From positions 32,061,277 through 32,125,276 of the forward strand of contig MU057352.1 in the NCBI GenBank assembly GCA_013239625.1: a stretch of DNA of 64,000 nucleotides, in the 5' to 3' direction. The position numbers and the translations under genes are program-made. Position 1 is the stretch's first letter. Each line of letters opens with the position of its first letter. The DNA comes from Lama guanicoe. Lineage: Eukaryota. The notes under the pieces are model-generated. The model ran no database searches. It was not told the origin of the DNA and saw only the letters and a program-made list of their open reading frames with translations. Of this stretch, positions 1 through 11,045 are shown one piece after another.

Positions 1-298
1 TCGCGCTAAGGCCAGCAGGAGGGAAGGCTTCGTGGCGATGGGGCTGTCCTGAGTCATGATCACGGTGGAGGTCACACGGAGGTACAGGTGTGATTAAATG
101 TCGTAGAATTCCACACACTGCTCCAGTATCAAGCCCCTGGTTTTGGTAGAGTACCCCGTGTCTTCTTTATCCTGTGTATTACTCCTGTAAGACGCAACCC
201 CTGGAGGAAGCTGCCCGAAGTGGTCGTGGGACCTCTCTGGACTACCTTTGCAACATCCTGTGATCTATAATGATTTTAAAATAAAAGGTTTTTTTTAA
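1..298 (+). mobile_element. Old L1 (L1MC/L1MD-type) 3' end
   Basis: gggacctctctggactacctttgcaacatcctgtgatctataatgattttaaaataaaagg resembles the L1MC/MD 3' terminus (gggacctctctgtactatttttgcaacttcctgtgaatctataattatttcaaaataaaaag) as recalled. Confidence 0.75.
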
Positions 299-939
299 CG
301 TTCATTGTAGAAAAAGAGACATTGCATGGGCGAACTCCATACAGCCCACTGATGTGACTGTCCTGTTTCCCTTCCACCCCAACAAAGGAGCTTCTGGAGC
401 CTGAGTTCAGGGAAGCTCGTGTGGTGTTTGGCAGACAGACGGGAGCAGGGGGAAGGGCCCCGTGCCTGGACCCCGAAGCCTGGGCTTGCTCACCATCTAG
501 CGACTTCTGGATCCGGCTCCCCATGGCCTGTCCATGCAATGGGGATGGAGATGACGTGAGGATACAGTGGAATCATGGCTGTTACACAGGGTGCAAATTG
601 TCAGATCCTGGATCACTACGAGAGGATGTTCCTGCACCCCGGCTACTTCTTCAACAGACCACGAGCTCCCTAGAGGAGGAAGGCTGTGTCAGGTCCCCCT
701 GAGACCCTCAGGGAAACTGGAGGGCAGTGCCCAGGACACGGGACAGAGCAGGAGTCAGGGAGGAGGGAAGGCAGGGACATCACCTTGCTTCCATCAGCTG
801 GAGGGCTCCCTGCAGCACGGAGGCCGGGCTCCCCACCTCTGTTCCCTGGGCCCCTCGATGGCAGACAGGGTGGGGACGTGTGACAGCCACAGCCTTTCAG
901 AGCCGGGAAGGGCGAGCAGGACAGCTGGAGGCCTCCCGC

Positions 940-1060
940 TGAGCGGTTTCATAATTAGAAGCAGAATCAAAGGAAACCCGCTGCAGCGATGGCTTCAAAC
1001 AGGGCGGGTTTTAAATCAGCCCACGTCAGGGCTTGTCAGCCGGGATGCGGATTAGAAAGA
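940..1060. promoter_or_regulatory. Candidate enhancer (TCF/LEF plus homeodomain motifs)
   Basis: TAATTA 952-957, ATCAAAG 966-972, TTAAATCA 1011-1018 and GGATTA 1049-1054 in a non-repeat block. Confidence 0.4.
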
Positions 1061-1062
1061 AA

Positions 1063-1101
1063 GGTGTGCGTGTGTGTCTGTGTGTGTGCGTGCATGTGTG
1101 C
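1063..1101. repeat. Imperfect (TG)n microsatellite
   Basis: gtgtgcgtgtgtgtctgtgtgtgtgcgtgcatgtgtg seen directly. Confidence 0.85.
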
Positions 1102-2194
1102 AAGCATCGGTATGCTCTGCATTTTCCCCTGAATTATTGGCATTGTCCCTGAGACAAGGGTCTCCGAGGAAGCCTTCTGTCCAGTGTCACTGACTTGCAG
1201 CTTGAGACCCGTCAGGCTCTTCCCAGCCCGTCTAGAACCCGAATCTCCGTGGATGCTCCCATCACCTTGCAGGACAGGAGGAGCAGTTGGCGATGAAGGG
1301 GAGGGGCTGGCACCCGGGAGAAGGTGGGATCCCCTCCCACCTATCCTCCAGGAACCTGGCAGAGGAGGGGGCAAGGGGGCTGTTATCTCCAAGGCTGCAG
1401 ATCCGGGTCAGGGCTGAGCAGCGGAAAGTTCCAGAGTCGCTCAGGGGAACCAGGAGCTCTCTCAGGAAGCAGGGACATGTCAGGAAGGCTCGTCCTTCCC
1501 AGGAGACTGGCTTTGAGCTGTGTTGCCTGGGGGTGAGGGCAAGGCCCCAGCGCAGAGCAGGAAGCTGGAAGACCCTCGTTTCCTCCTCTGTGACAAGGGC
1601 AAGGACAAGCACAAGCCAACTCTGCAGGCGCGTGAGCGCAACGGAAGGCCATCCGTCCACCTGCTCTGCCTCTCGCCCCTCCCGGGGGCCACCCAGCAGC
1701 GCCCCAGCCGGCCCCTGGAGGCTCAGAACGCAGCCCCGCCTCCGGGCAGGGGGTGGTCCCGGGCAGGTCTGGGCAGAGCCCTCCGCAGGGCTGTGCTCTC
1801 TGACCCCTGGGCCAGCGCCTCTGTGCCACTGCCAGGAGCCCCTGCTGACCGCCGTCACCTACCAGCCGACAGCAGAGCAGGGGCCATCCTATGGCAGGGC
1901 CTCTCACAGCCCGGGAACTTGCTGGAAATGAGATGTGCAAAGGTGGTCCTGCCCGGCTGAGGGACCACAGGTCCTCCGGGTGCCGGGACGCACAGGTGCC
2001 CACAGGGTTGGGGAGGCAAACTTGACCCCCTCCCCGTCCCGGGCTTTTGACATCCTGTGGCTGAGCCCTGTCCTCCGTCTGCCAGCGGTGTCACCGCACC
2101 CTTTAGGGATGAAGCTACCAGCCAGCGAGGAGCGGGATGGGGGGCCTGAGAGAGCACGGGATCGGGCTCCCTGCCGGGGCTTCAGTTGCCCCAG

Positions 2195-2420
2195 TGTGGT
2201 TTCTTAATCATTTTGCAAGTGATTAGCCGGCGTCCTCATTAGCACGCGGGCGCTCCGTGAAAGTTTCAGGGAGCCGGCAGCTGCACTGGGCGAAACTCAA
2301 ACTGGGTGATTTTTAATTACAGACGAACCCGCTAGGGACAGATGCCTTGTCAGTTTTGCCACCTGTTTATTCATTTTTCACCACTTCTGGGAAATGGAAA
2401 GCAAAATGCTTGTCACTCAC
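2195..2420. promoter_or_regulatory. Candidate conserved non-coding element
   Basis: AT-richer non-repeat island with several TAAT/ATTA cores (ttaatcat, gattag, cattag, ttaattac) and a FOX-like TGTTTAT at 2364-2370. Confidence 0.4.
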
Positions 2421-3334
2421 CTTTGTGCTCATCCCGAGAGACAGAGAAGGACAAAAGGAAGGGAGCTCCTGTGTGGGACTCACTGAATAAGCATCAGCAC
2501 ATCTCAGCTGCTGAGGGGGGCCGCCGGGAGGAAGCGGGCCCGGGTCACCGGGAGGGGGGCCACCGGCCGGGAGGGAAGGTCGGCAGAGCCCCAGAGGGGC
2601 GGGCTGTGCGGGCACGTGCATGTGTGTGCACGCGTGCTCACGTGTGTGCGTGCTGACACCAGGCCCCTGGCAACCAGTGTGGTGAGGGACTATCACAACC
2701 ACACAAAGACATCACCCTTCCACAACCAGGGAAGCTGGAAAATATACATTCCTTTGCCTGCATGTTCACGACACACACAATGTGTCAAAGACCATCCCGC
2801 GTTCTGCTAAGCTTCACTTTGCAAATTATTTTTCCAGCATCACTATTACAGCTCTGCTTTTACAATAACATACACAGATCTCTCGCCAGAATCCTGAGGA
2901 ATGCAGCCTAGGAAGTCCTGATTTATTCTAGACCTACTATGTGCAGGGCCCTGTACATCCAACCTTTTATCCACCCTCCCTGGGACCGTGAGAGGCATCG
3001 CTGTCTTGTGAGGTGGATATGGAAGGTCAAAGAAGTGGCCCATGCAGGTCACTCTGTTAGCAGGTGGTGGACAGAATGTACCCCTAGAACGTCAGACGGC
3101 AGCTCGGCACCCCTCCCCCAGCCCGAGCAGCAGCGCCCTGGGGAGAGGGAGCTGCTCTGGGAGGGGGAGCTTTCCTGCCCTTTATCTCCACCCACCACAG
3201 CAGGGGGACAGAGCTGTGCCACCAGTGAGCCCAGGGCGGGGACTCCGGGGAGGTGACGGGGTCCACACCCGCATCCTGGTGGAGCTGCTCACAGCCTGTG
3301 TCCACAACAGCCACACCACAGTCTGATGCTCCCC

Positions 3335-3520
3335 AGGGCCACTCCAACATGGCAGCCGCTAGCCAGACATGGGGCTTAAACCACAATTAATTAAGATTAA
3401 ATATAAGTAAAGATTCCATTCCTTGGTGGCACTGGGCACATCGCAGGTGCTCAGTGGCTCCCACATCGGACAGCACAGGGAATAGCGCCATCATCCAGAA
3501 AGTTCTCTGCCCAGAGCTGC
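3335..3520 (-). mobile_element. MER3 (hAT-Charlie MITE)
   Basis: caattaattaagattaaatataagtaaagattccattcc...ccatcatccagaaagttctct matches the reverse complement of the MER3 consensus as recalled. Confidence 0.8.
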
Positions 3521-3989
3521 TCTGCACAGGGCCAAGCAGCCAATACTTAGGCCTTGCAAGCCATACAGATGGTCAGAACCCCCATCTCCATGGGGCAAAG
3601 AACAGCCGTCCTAGACAGGGCGCCCACAAGTGGGTGCAGCCGAGCTCCGGGGAAGCCCCGCTCACAAAACAGCCAATGGACTGGGTTTGGCCCCTGGGCT
3701 GTCCCTGCTCTCGGCTGTGGTCACTCACACGGATCAGAAAGTGGAAAACAAATGGTTGAAACACACAGATTCTAAATTAACTCTCACTTTCTGGAATATT
3801 CTTGTACTTTGGGGATGTTCTCCGGTTAAACAAAGAATCAACCAACACAGAGAGGGGGTCCTGGGAAGCTGGGAGAGAGGCTCACACAGAGGCAGGTCCT
3901 GGGACAGGGAGCCCCCTGGGCAACCAGGACGCGGGAGGCTCCGGAAGGCAGGTCTCTGGGGAGCGATGAGGGAGTAGGGACTCGACAGA

Positions 3990-4800
3990 ATCCTTTCACG
4001 GATGAAGATTTTGAAAATAAAAGATGATGAAGATGTGTTAAAGGTAACAGGGAAGAAAAGGCAAACAAATTCTGGGGAAACAAAAACGCTCTTTTGCGCA
4101 CGCCCCACGCAGTTTCCGACAGAGGGTTCAAACAGCGGAAACCGGGGGCACGCTTACTGACTTTCAAATTTGAGAACCAGCCTAGAGACAGAGCACGGGG
4201 ACTTCATTACAGCCCTACAGCCACACGTGGACTGTGCCTCCGTTAACCCCGACTGCAGCCAGCTGCAGGATGGGTGGGTGGAGCTCAGTGGCGGAGCGCA
4301 TGCTTGGCTTCACCAAGTCCTGGGTTCAATCCCCAGCACCTCTTCTGAAAGTAAGTAAATAAACTTAATTACCTCCCCCCAAGAAAATTAAAAGAGAAAG
4401 AAGAGAGGGAAGTTCGGGTGGCTTCCTTTTCTAAAGTGGGGAGCCCGTCGGCGCCTTCCACACTGGAGACATAAAGCATCACCTGACGTGATGTCACGAA
4501 TTAGGAGTCGAGGACCTGAGTGAGGGTGAGGTTGGGCGCTGGGCTGAATTCCCACCTACTGTTGTGGGAGGTCAACTGATGACGCATCGAAGTGAGCACA
4601 CAGCTTACAGACAGCGAGAGGAGACTTTAGTTTGAAATGTGAGTGCCGCTCTTAGAAGGTTCAGCTAAAAGGGCTCAGAGGTTAACTCGGGGTGGGGGGG
4701 TCAGGAGGGACGGGTCCAGGAAGCTGTTTTTATTAGAAACCAATCTCCTCCATTGTCACCTATTTTACGACTGGATGTGTTGTACTGATTAAATTCTGGC
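3990..4800 (+). mobile_element. Degenerate HAL1/L1ME-like relic interrupted by a SINE
   Basis: Purine-rich segment; the 3' part (aggaagctgttttt...gtgttgtactgattaaa) resembles HAL1/L1ME 3' ends. Highly diverged. Confidence 0.35.
4272..4405 (+). mobile_element. Vic-1-like camelid tRNA-derived SINE
   Basis: A box gagctcagtgg, B box gggttcaatccc, body gcgcatgcttggc and tail taaataaacttaattacctcccccc followed by an A-rich run. Confidence 0.85.
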
Positions 4801-5164
4801 TACTTAATAAGATGAAATGAGATTCCGCTGGCTTGCAGGAGGTGGTGGGGAGATTTAAAGACAGGTCTGTGCCCTGCCGAGGCGGCTGGGAGGGGCGAGG
4901 GCGGCCAGGTGACCTCACTGGTCCAGGAGTCTCAGCTCAACACTGTGTCCCCAGCACATTTGTCAGTTCCTCCCGTTTTCTCTCAGAAGCGCCCCAGTTT
5001 GGACAATAAAACAGATGGCCATTCTATGAAATACACGCCTATTCGACCAGGTGGGTGGCGAACACCGAAAGTGACCCAGTGGGAGAAAGCAACTTCAGCG
5101 GGGTTTTGACCAGCGGCCTCTGAGATGCCCCAGCTTTGACAGATGGAGAAGTCATCTCATTACA

Positions 5165-5380
5165 GCTGGTATGTATTCATTGCCCGCTGTGCGCCAGCTC
5201 CCTTCCCAAGTGGTTTATATGCATTATCCACTTAACTCTCGCAGCCGCTCTATAGGGACCTACTCTTAACTCACAGATGAGCAAACTGAGACACAGAGAG
5301 GTTAAGTGATCTAACCCAAGGTCACACAGCTAATGAGAGATGAAATTACGAGTTGAGTCAGACAAGTCATTTCCACAGTC
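5165..5380 (-). mobile_element. MIR SINE
   Basis: Core acagatgagcaaactgagacacagagaggttaagtgatctaacccaaggtcacacagcta is the reverse-complement MIR core. Confidence 0.9.
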
Positions 5381-8019
5381 CATCCTGGGCGGCTCGTCTG
5401 TGCCATATATTCTCCATTCAGCCCCAGCTGCCCCCGAGGTCTATCTCGGCCGCCCTCCACCCTGTGAGCTGGGAGGCAGTCGTGGGAACAGCATCGGGGG
5501 ACCCCCGAGCCCCTCCAGCTTTGGGATGTGTTTGAGCTATGGGACCCCGGGGAGTGGGGTTGGGGGTACTGGGGCGTCGGTGCCTCCTCCTCCTGCTTGC
5601 CGTGGCGGGTCACGCCCCTCTCCCCAAAGACTGTGGGCTCTTGTGTGTCCTGGTCACTCTGCCCTTCCTGGTGCCCCCAGGCACAGGGCGGTAAGGGCTC
5701 CCAGCTGGCGCTAATTCTGTTGGCTTCCCGTGTAAAACCTGCACACTTGCAGACAGCCCTGCAGTGTGTGCCCTGTGAGCAAGCCGCTGCCTCCCAGGGT
5801 TGGGGGGACCCTGGTCCAATCGCAGGACAGAGAAGCTTCGGAGTCATCAGCACAGAGGTGACCATCAAACTGCAGGTTGGGAGGAGAGCTCCCATGGAGA
5901 GATTATAGAGAAGGGTGGGTGAGGCGTCAACGCCTGGCACAGAAGCTTCTGGAAAGTTTTCATAGAGACCCACGGACAGGAGTGTTCTAGGGAGGGAGGG
6001 ACAAGGCCTGGGACACCACAGAGCCAGCCACTAGGGAAAGGCTGAGTCTTGTCAAAAATGCAGAAACGGTGAAAATTAAAACCAGATCAGTTAGACAGCG
6101 TCTAGAAAGTTTGCTGTGCACAGGGAAGCTGCTGGCCGGGAGTCTTCTGGTCCGCAATAAGTAAGCTTGATCTAGTTTTGCTCGCGCGGCTTCAGTGGTG
6201 CTGTCCGGCCTGGGGTTATCAGCCCTGGTGTCCCTTCTATTTGACTTTAACAGCCTCTGGTGAACTGGTCCCCCGCGAGGCCCGGGGGAGCCAGCCCGAG
6301 CCGGTTCGGGGGGGCGATGAGGCAGGTGAGGACGCGGGCGTGGCAGGGAGGGCGAGGCGGGGCAGAACCCGCAGGGAAGGGGCTCGCGGGGCTGCGGGCT
6401 GCTCTCTTTGCCCCAGACCTCCCCCCTCCTCCTCCTGCTCTCTGCCCCGGGCTGCATAGATGGTGGGCTGCATCAGGGAGGCCCTTGCCTCTGGCGTCTG
6501 GCTGGATGTGGTCAAGAGAGGCAGCAGCAGGACACTGGGTGGTTGTCCCCATGGCAACTCCCTGCCCCGTCCGCACTGACCTGCTTCCTTCCAGGCCTGA
6601 GGACACCGTGACTGTGGGCCCTTCCCCAGGCAGCTCCTTCCTGTGGACCAGTCCAGACGGTGTGGGATCCGTGCGGGCTGGGGACACGGAGGAAGCAGAG
6701 GGTTCAGGACGACAGAGGTCCTTAGAGATGAAGGAGGGTTTGGAGGAGGAGATGGGAAGGACGGGGCGGAGAGGGAGATTCCCTGCCCATGGCTCTGAAG
6801 TTGGGGTCTCGGGGCGGGACACTTCCGAGGGACGATGAGGTCCCGGCTGCAAAATGGACCGGCCGCCTAGGGGAGGGGACGTGTGGAGACGTGCTTCTGC
6901 GCGTAGCAGGCCGCGCTCACAGCTCTGTCGCTGGAGACCGGCCTGACTGCCCTGAGCGCAGCAGGTAAAGGGTCCCCCAGAATGAAGGAGGCCAAGAAAG
7001 CTGGGCGAGGCAGGACAGGGGTCAAGGCCAGGAGAACGGGGCAGCAGCAGCCGTGTGCCCCAGGCTCGGGGAGACTGGAAGGCAGGCCTCGGGTGGGAAG
7101 CCTTGTGGTGCCGGTGACCGGAGCCCTGCGTGCGGCTGGGCTGGGCCCAGAGGCAGCCCGGGCAGGACCCCACACACAGCTGATGTGACACCAGAGCCCT
7201 CCTGTCCTCCGAGAGCTCCCGGCTGTGCCCCGCGGCTCTCTGCCCCGGCGTTGAGGAATCCTCCCCTGTTCTCCAGGCAAAGGCCTCTGTTCCAGCTCCC
7301 CGAGGAGGACGAAGGCTCAGGGACGAGCCCAGCACCCCCGGCAGGGGGTCCAGCTGCACGCGCACGGGCATGTGGAGCCCTGGCAGCGACGGCGGTCGAC
7401 CGCCGGCCCCTGGAATGCCTTGATTTCCCAACTGCCTGCAGCTGTGGGGCTGGCAGGACGTGCCATCCCCGCCTGGGAGTCGCCAAGGGAGGGCACACTT
7501 AGCTTCCCCAAGTGCTTTCTCCCCTGTCCCCCTGGGTCTCTCTTCCTCTGCAACTTGGCGCATTTAGTTGGTAAGAACAGATTTTCCCCCTAACTTAACT
7601 CAGATGCTTTTCTCAATCTTTGGGGACCAACGCCACCTGAAAGAGAAGACTGCTTGTCTGTGGAGTCCAGCTGCACCCCTCCCGGGAGGCTGGACCACAG
7701 GCCCGTTTTCTTCTCCTTTGGTCTCTCAGACCCATGGCAATGTGTTCAGGGTGAATGGACAAGGAAAAAGGATGCCAGAGAAGGCAGCACGTTCTGGAAG
7801 CTCAGCTGTGAAGAAGGGGGATGAGGCAGAGAGCAACCTTCTTTGTCCCTTTGAGGTGGGAGCAACTTGAGCTTGTTAAGTGCAGGTAGCAAGGAAAGCA
7901 AGAGAGTTTAGGTACAAACATCTCTTTTCACCCAACCCAGCGACATTCACTGTGTCGTAAATTAGAACAAAAGCTGTAAGGGTTCAGAGAAGCAGTAGGG
8001 CCCCTAAGAAGGAGAAAAA

Positions 8020-8702
8020 TCGACGAGCTGGCTGACTCAGAACTTACACAAATGTTAGGGCCAGCAGACAAAGACACCAAAGCAACTACTGTAAGTGTGT
8101 CCACTGTGTTCCAAGGGCTAAAGGAGGTGCTGGATGTGTTAACAGAGGGACAGATGATGCGAAAACATCCAAGTCACACTGTGGCAGTGGAAACGATCGT
8201 GTTTGAGACGAAAAATACACCATGTGGAATGAACAGGGGACAGGATATTGCAGAAGCAAAGATTAGTGAACTGGAAAACGAGGGGAAAGAAATTACCCAA
8301 AGTGAAACAGGGGCTGGAATGTTTCACAAACTGAGCAGTGGGACAAGGTCGAGCCCGCAGACGCCTGCGCGGGGGGGGGCCCTGAAGGGCGGTAGGGAGA
8401 GGAGCAGCCTGAAAGGATAATACCTGGAAATCTGCAAATCTGATGAAAACGATAAAAGCCACAGAGCCAGACACTCGCTGCGTTTCCACAAGGCGCAAGA
8501 GGAGGGCTGTACCACGGCCCCCGCCTGCCCCAAACCAGCCGCAAAGAGAAAGCCCTGAAGACCGGCAGAGGACAGGACACCTCACAGACAGAAACGCAGA
8601 ACTGTGCTGAAGCAACGTGAGTGAACGGTGAAGCAACGGTTTTAAAGAAAAAAGCAAAATAAAGTTTTATATCCAGTAAAAATATCTTTCAGAAAGGATG
8701 GC
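8020..8702 (+). mobile_element. Old L1M ORF1-region relic
   Basis: gcagaagcaaagattagtgaactggaaaac...gaaattacccaaagtgaaaca (AEAKISELE...EITQSE) is typical of the L1 ORF1p coiled coil; disrupted. Confidence 0.75.
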
Positions 8703-8718
8703 AAGACGTCTGGTTTCT

Positions 8719-8794
8719 AGTTCACTCCAGGACTTCCATGAAAAAAAGAAAAGAAACCTAATTACCTCCCCCCTCCAAAAAAAGCAGAAAGAAA
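8719..8794 (+). mobile_element. 5'-truncated Vic-1-like SINE with a 16-bp target site duplication (TSD)
   Basis: Tail aaacctaattacctcccccc plus an A-rich run, flanked by aagacgtctggtttct (8703-8718) and aagacacctggtttct (8795-8810). Confidence 0.75.
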
Positions 8795-8810
8795 AAGACA
8801 CCTGGTTTCT

Positions 8811-9290
8811 GCTCTGAGCTATAAAAGCTTGGAAGGGGTCCTCCCCATCCTCACAACAAGAAAGAAAACTGAACAAAGTAAAACTCAACGACTTTCTTAG
8901 ATTCATCAGAGAACGGAGGTCACAGGATAAACCACCCAAACCTGGGTCGCCAGTCAGGTGAACACAGAGAACAGAGCTCCCTGCACCCTAAGACGGGCCG
9001 CGGGGGCCGCGAGTGGCAGGAGCGCCCACGGGGGAGCGGCAGCCGGCTCAGCACTCGCTCAGGACCGAAACCCGCAGCAAACCCACGCCCAGTTGAGGAA
9101 AACACAGCCTCCAGCAGACCTGCGCACAGGTGGGCCGTAGAAAGTGCTCCTTCTGAGGCCGAGAGAAACGCAGCGGCAGACGGCAGCGCTCCTCCTCTGC
9201 CTGCCACCCCGGAGGTGGAGGCCAGCGCAGCGGGCAAGCGGAAGGCGGGTGGGTGCGGAAAGCGAGGGAGAGTGAGCCGCATTCGTTTTC
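8811..9290 (+). mobile_element. L1M (L1MD/MC-type) 5' end, CpG-rich
   Basis: ctcacaacaagaaagaaaactgaacaaagtaaaactcaacgactttcttagattcatcagagaacggaggtcacagg resembles old L1 5'-end consensus. Confidence 0.6.
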
Positions 9291-11045
9291 CCGCAAAGTC
9301 CAAAGGGTCTGCACATAAATTGTGGAAATTAATGCAACTTCTGAACCAGGTTGCTGGATCCAAATTGCATATCGAACCGGATCGCGTTTCTGCATTCCAA
9401 CAAAACAACAGGAGAGATACACAAGGACTTTCTGGATAAAATTTGGAGAAATATCTACATTTTGGAGAAAATGGGATACTTTTTTGAGAATCATTAATGA
9501 AAATCTAAACAAGTAGATGACACCCTGTTTTTGTGGATTGGAAGACTGAGCGTGGAAGAATGTCAGTTATCCAAAACTGATCTGTCGATTCAATGCAATG
9601 ATGCAAGTCCTAGTGATGTTCTGGTGTGAAATGCGATTCCCTAATTCTAAAACGCATGTGAAAATGCAAAGGGCCCGAAATAATCACCTTGCTGAAAGTT
9701 AGTCGCACAGGTGGACCTGTTCGCTCGGTTAATGAGGCTTTGGTACGCCAGATTAGGGTGAGTGATTCTCATGCAGGAACTGACGACCATGCCAGGAAAA
9801 CAGAATGGATCCTAGAAACAGACCCACAGATTTATAGACATGTCTGAATATCGAAGCTGTTATTGAAGATTAGAAGGAAAAAACTGAGCTTCTCAAGAAA
9901 CCATACTGGGAAAATTGGGTGTCCATGCAGAAAACAAATGAAATTGAATTCCATCTCATACTGGGTGCAAAATATAACTCCACGTGGATGTAAGACTTAG
10001 GAACTGCAAAGGGGTCATGCTTTTGGAAAATATTACAGGGACAATTTTAAAAATAAGGCACAAAGAGTACAGACCCAAAGGAAGACACTTATTAATTTGT
10101 TTTTGCGTAAAATTAAAGAACTCTAATTTAATGGATCAAATTCAAATTGAATTTGAAAAGAGATGTGCATTGTATTTAACCAACCAAGTAGTGATTCTTG
10201 ACATGAAAATTCCTCTCAAACAGAAGGATTGGGCAGAAGACTTCGACACACACACACACACATACACATTTTACACACGTGAAAATGTGCCCAGTTGGAT
10301 TAGTCATCAGGAAATGGCAAATTAAAATCACAATAAGCTGCCACTACACACCTAAGAGATTGGCAAAAATCAGAAGTCAAGCAAGAGTAAATGATGGCAA
10401 GGATGAGGAGCCATGCAAATTCCCCACGGTTTTGAAAAGCAACATTTTGCAAAATAGCCTGGCTTTCTGGAGAGACTGGAACACGGGCGTACCTCCCGGC
10501 TTGCCCATTGCACTTCAGGTCTCTAAGCTCAGAACACAGACATGTGTGCCAGGATGCCCCTTGCCCTGGGGTGTGACAGCCCCAAACCTGACAACCTGAG
10601 TCTCCATCAAAATGAAGTGCATATGCACAGCATGGTGAACTCCTACCGAGGACCCCGTGAGTGGGTGGGCTGCGGCCGTGGACATCCCGCGAGTTCATCC
10701 CGCCACATCGTGCTGACGAAAGCAGCACGTCCCCGAAGAGTACATGTCGTGCGCTTTGTTTATATAAACTTCACTGCCAGTGAGCTCACGCTACGCGCTG
10801 CTCAGGGCGCCCACATGGGAGGGAACGTGCAGACAGGGCAGAGGAGGACGCTCAAAGCCCAGGGCGGCGGCCACCCCGGGGCCGGGGGGCAGGGGGGTGC
10901 AGGGGCAGAAAGGGGCCGGTGATGGCCTCCGTCCTGAACTCTGGGCGCTTCTGTTGACGCCTGCTTCGTTGTGACCAGTTGAGCGTGTGCTTCGCACACT
11001 TTCTGTGTGTACACGTTGCGACTGTTATTTTTATTAAGAAAGAGC
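9291..11045 (+). mobile_element. L1ME-type relic: ORF2 3' part and 3' UTR
   Basis: gtggattggaagact...tgtcgattcaatgcaat (ORF2), gaaatggcaaattaaaatcacaataagctgccactacacac and an L1ME-like 3' UTR ending near 11045. No open frame. Confidence 0.85.

Noticed and set aside
6247-7563. 438-aa minus-strand ORF, and the other ORFs over 200 aa
   Set aside because: Pro/Gly/Arg/Ala/Ser-rich with no recognisable domain. Overlapping ORFs occur in several frames on both strands, as expected from stop-codon scarcity in GC-rich DNA.
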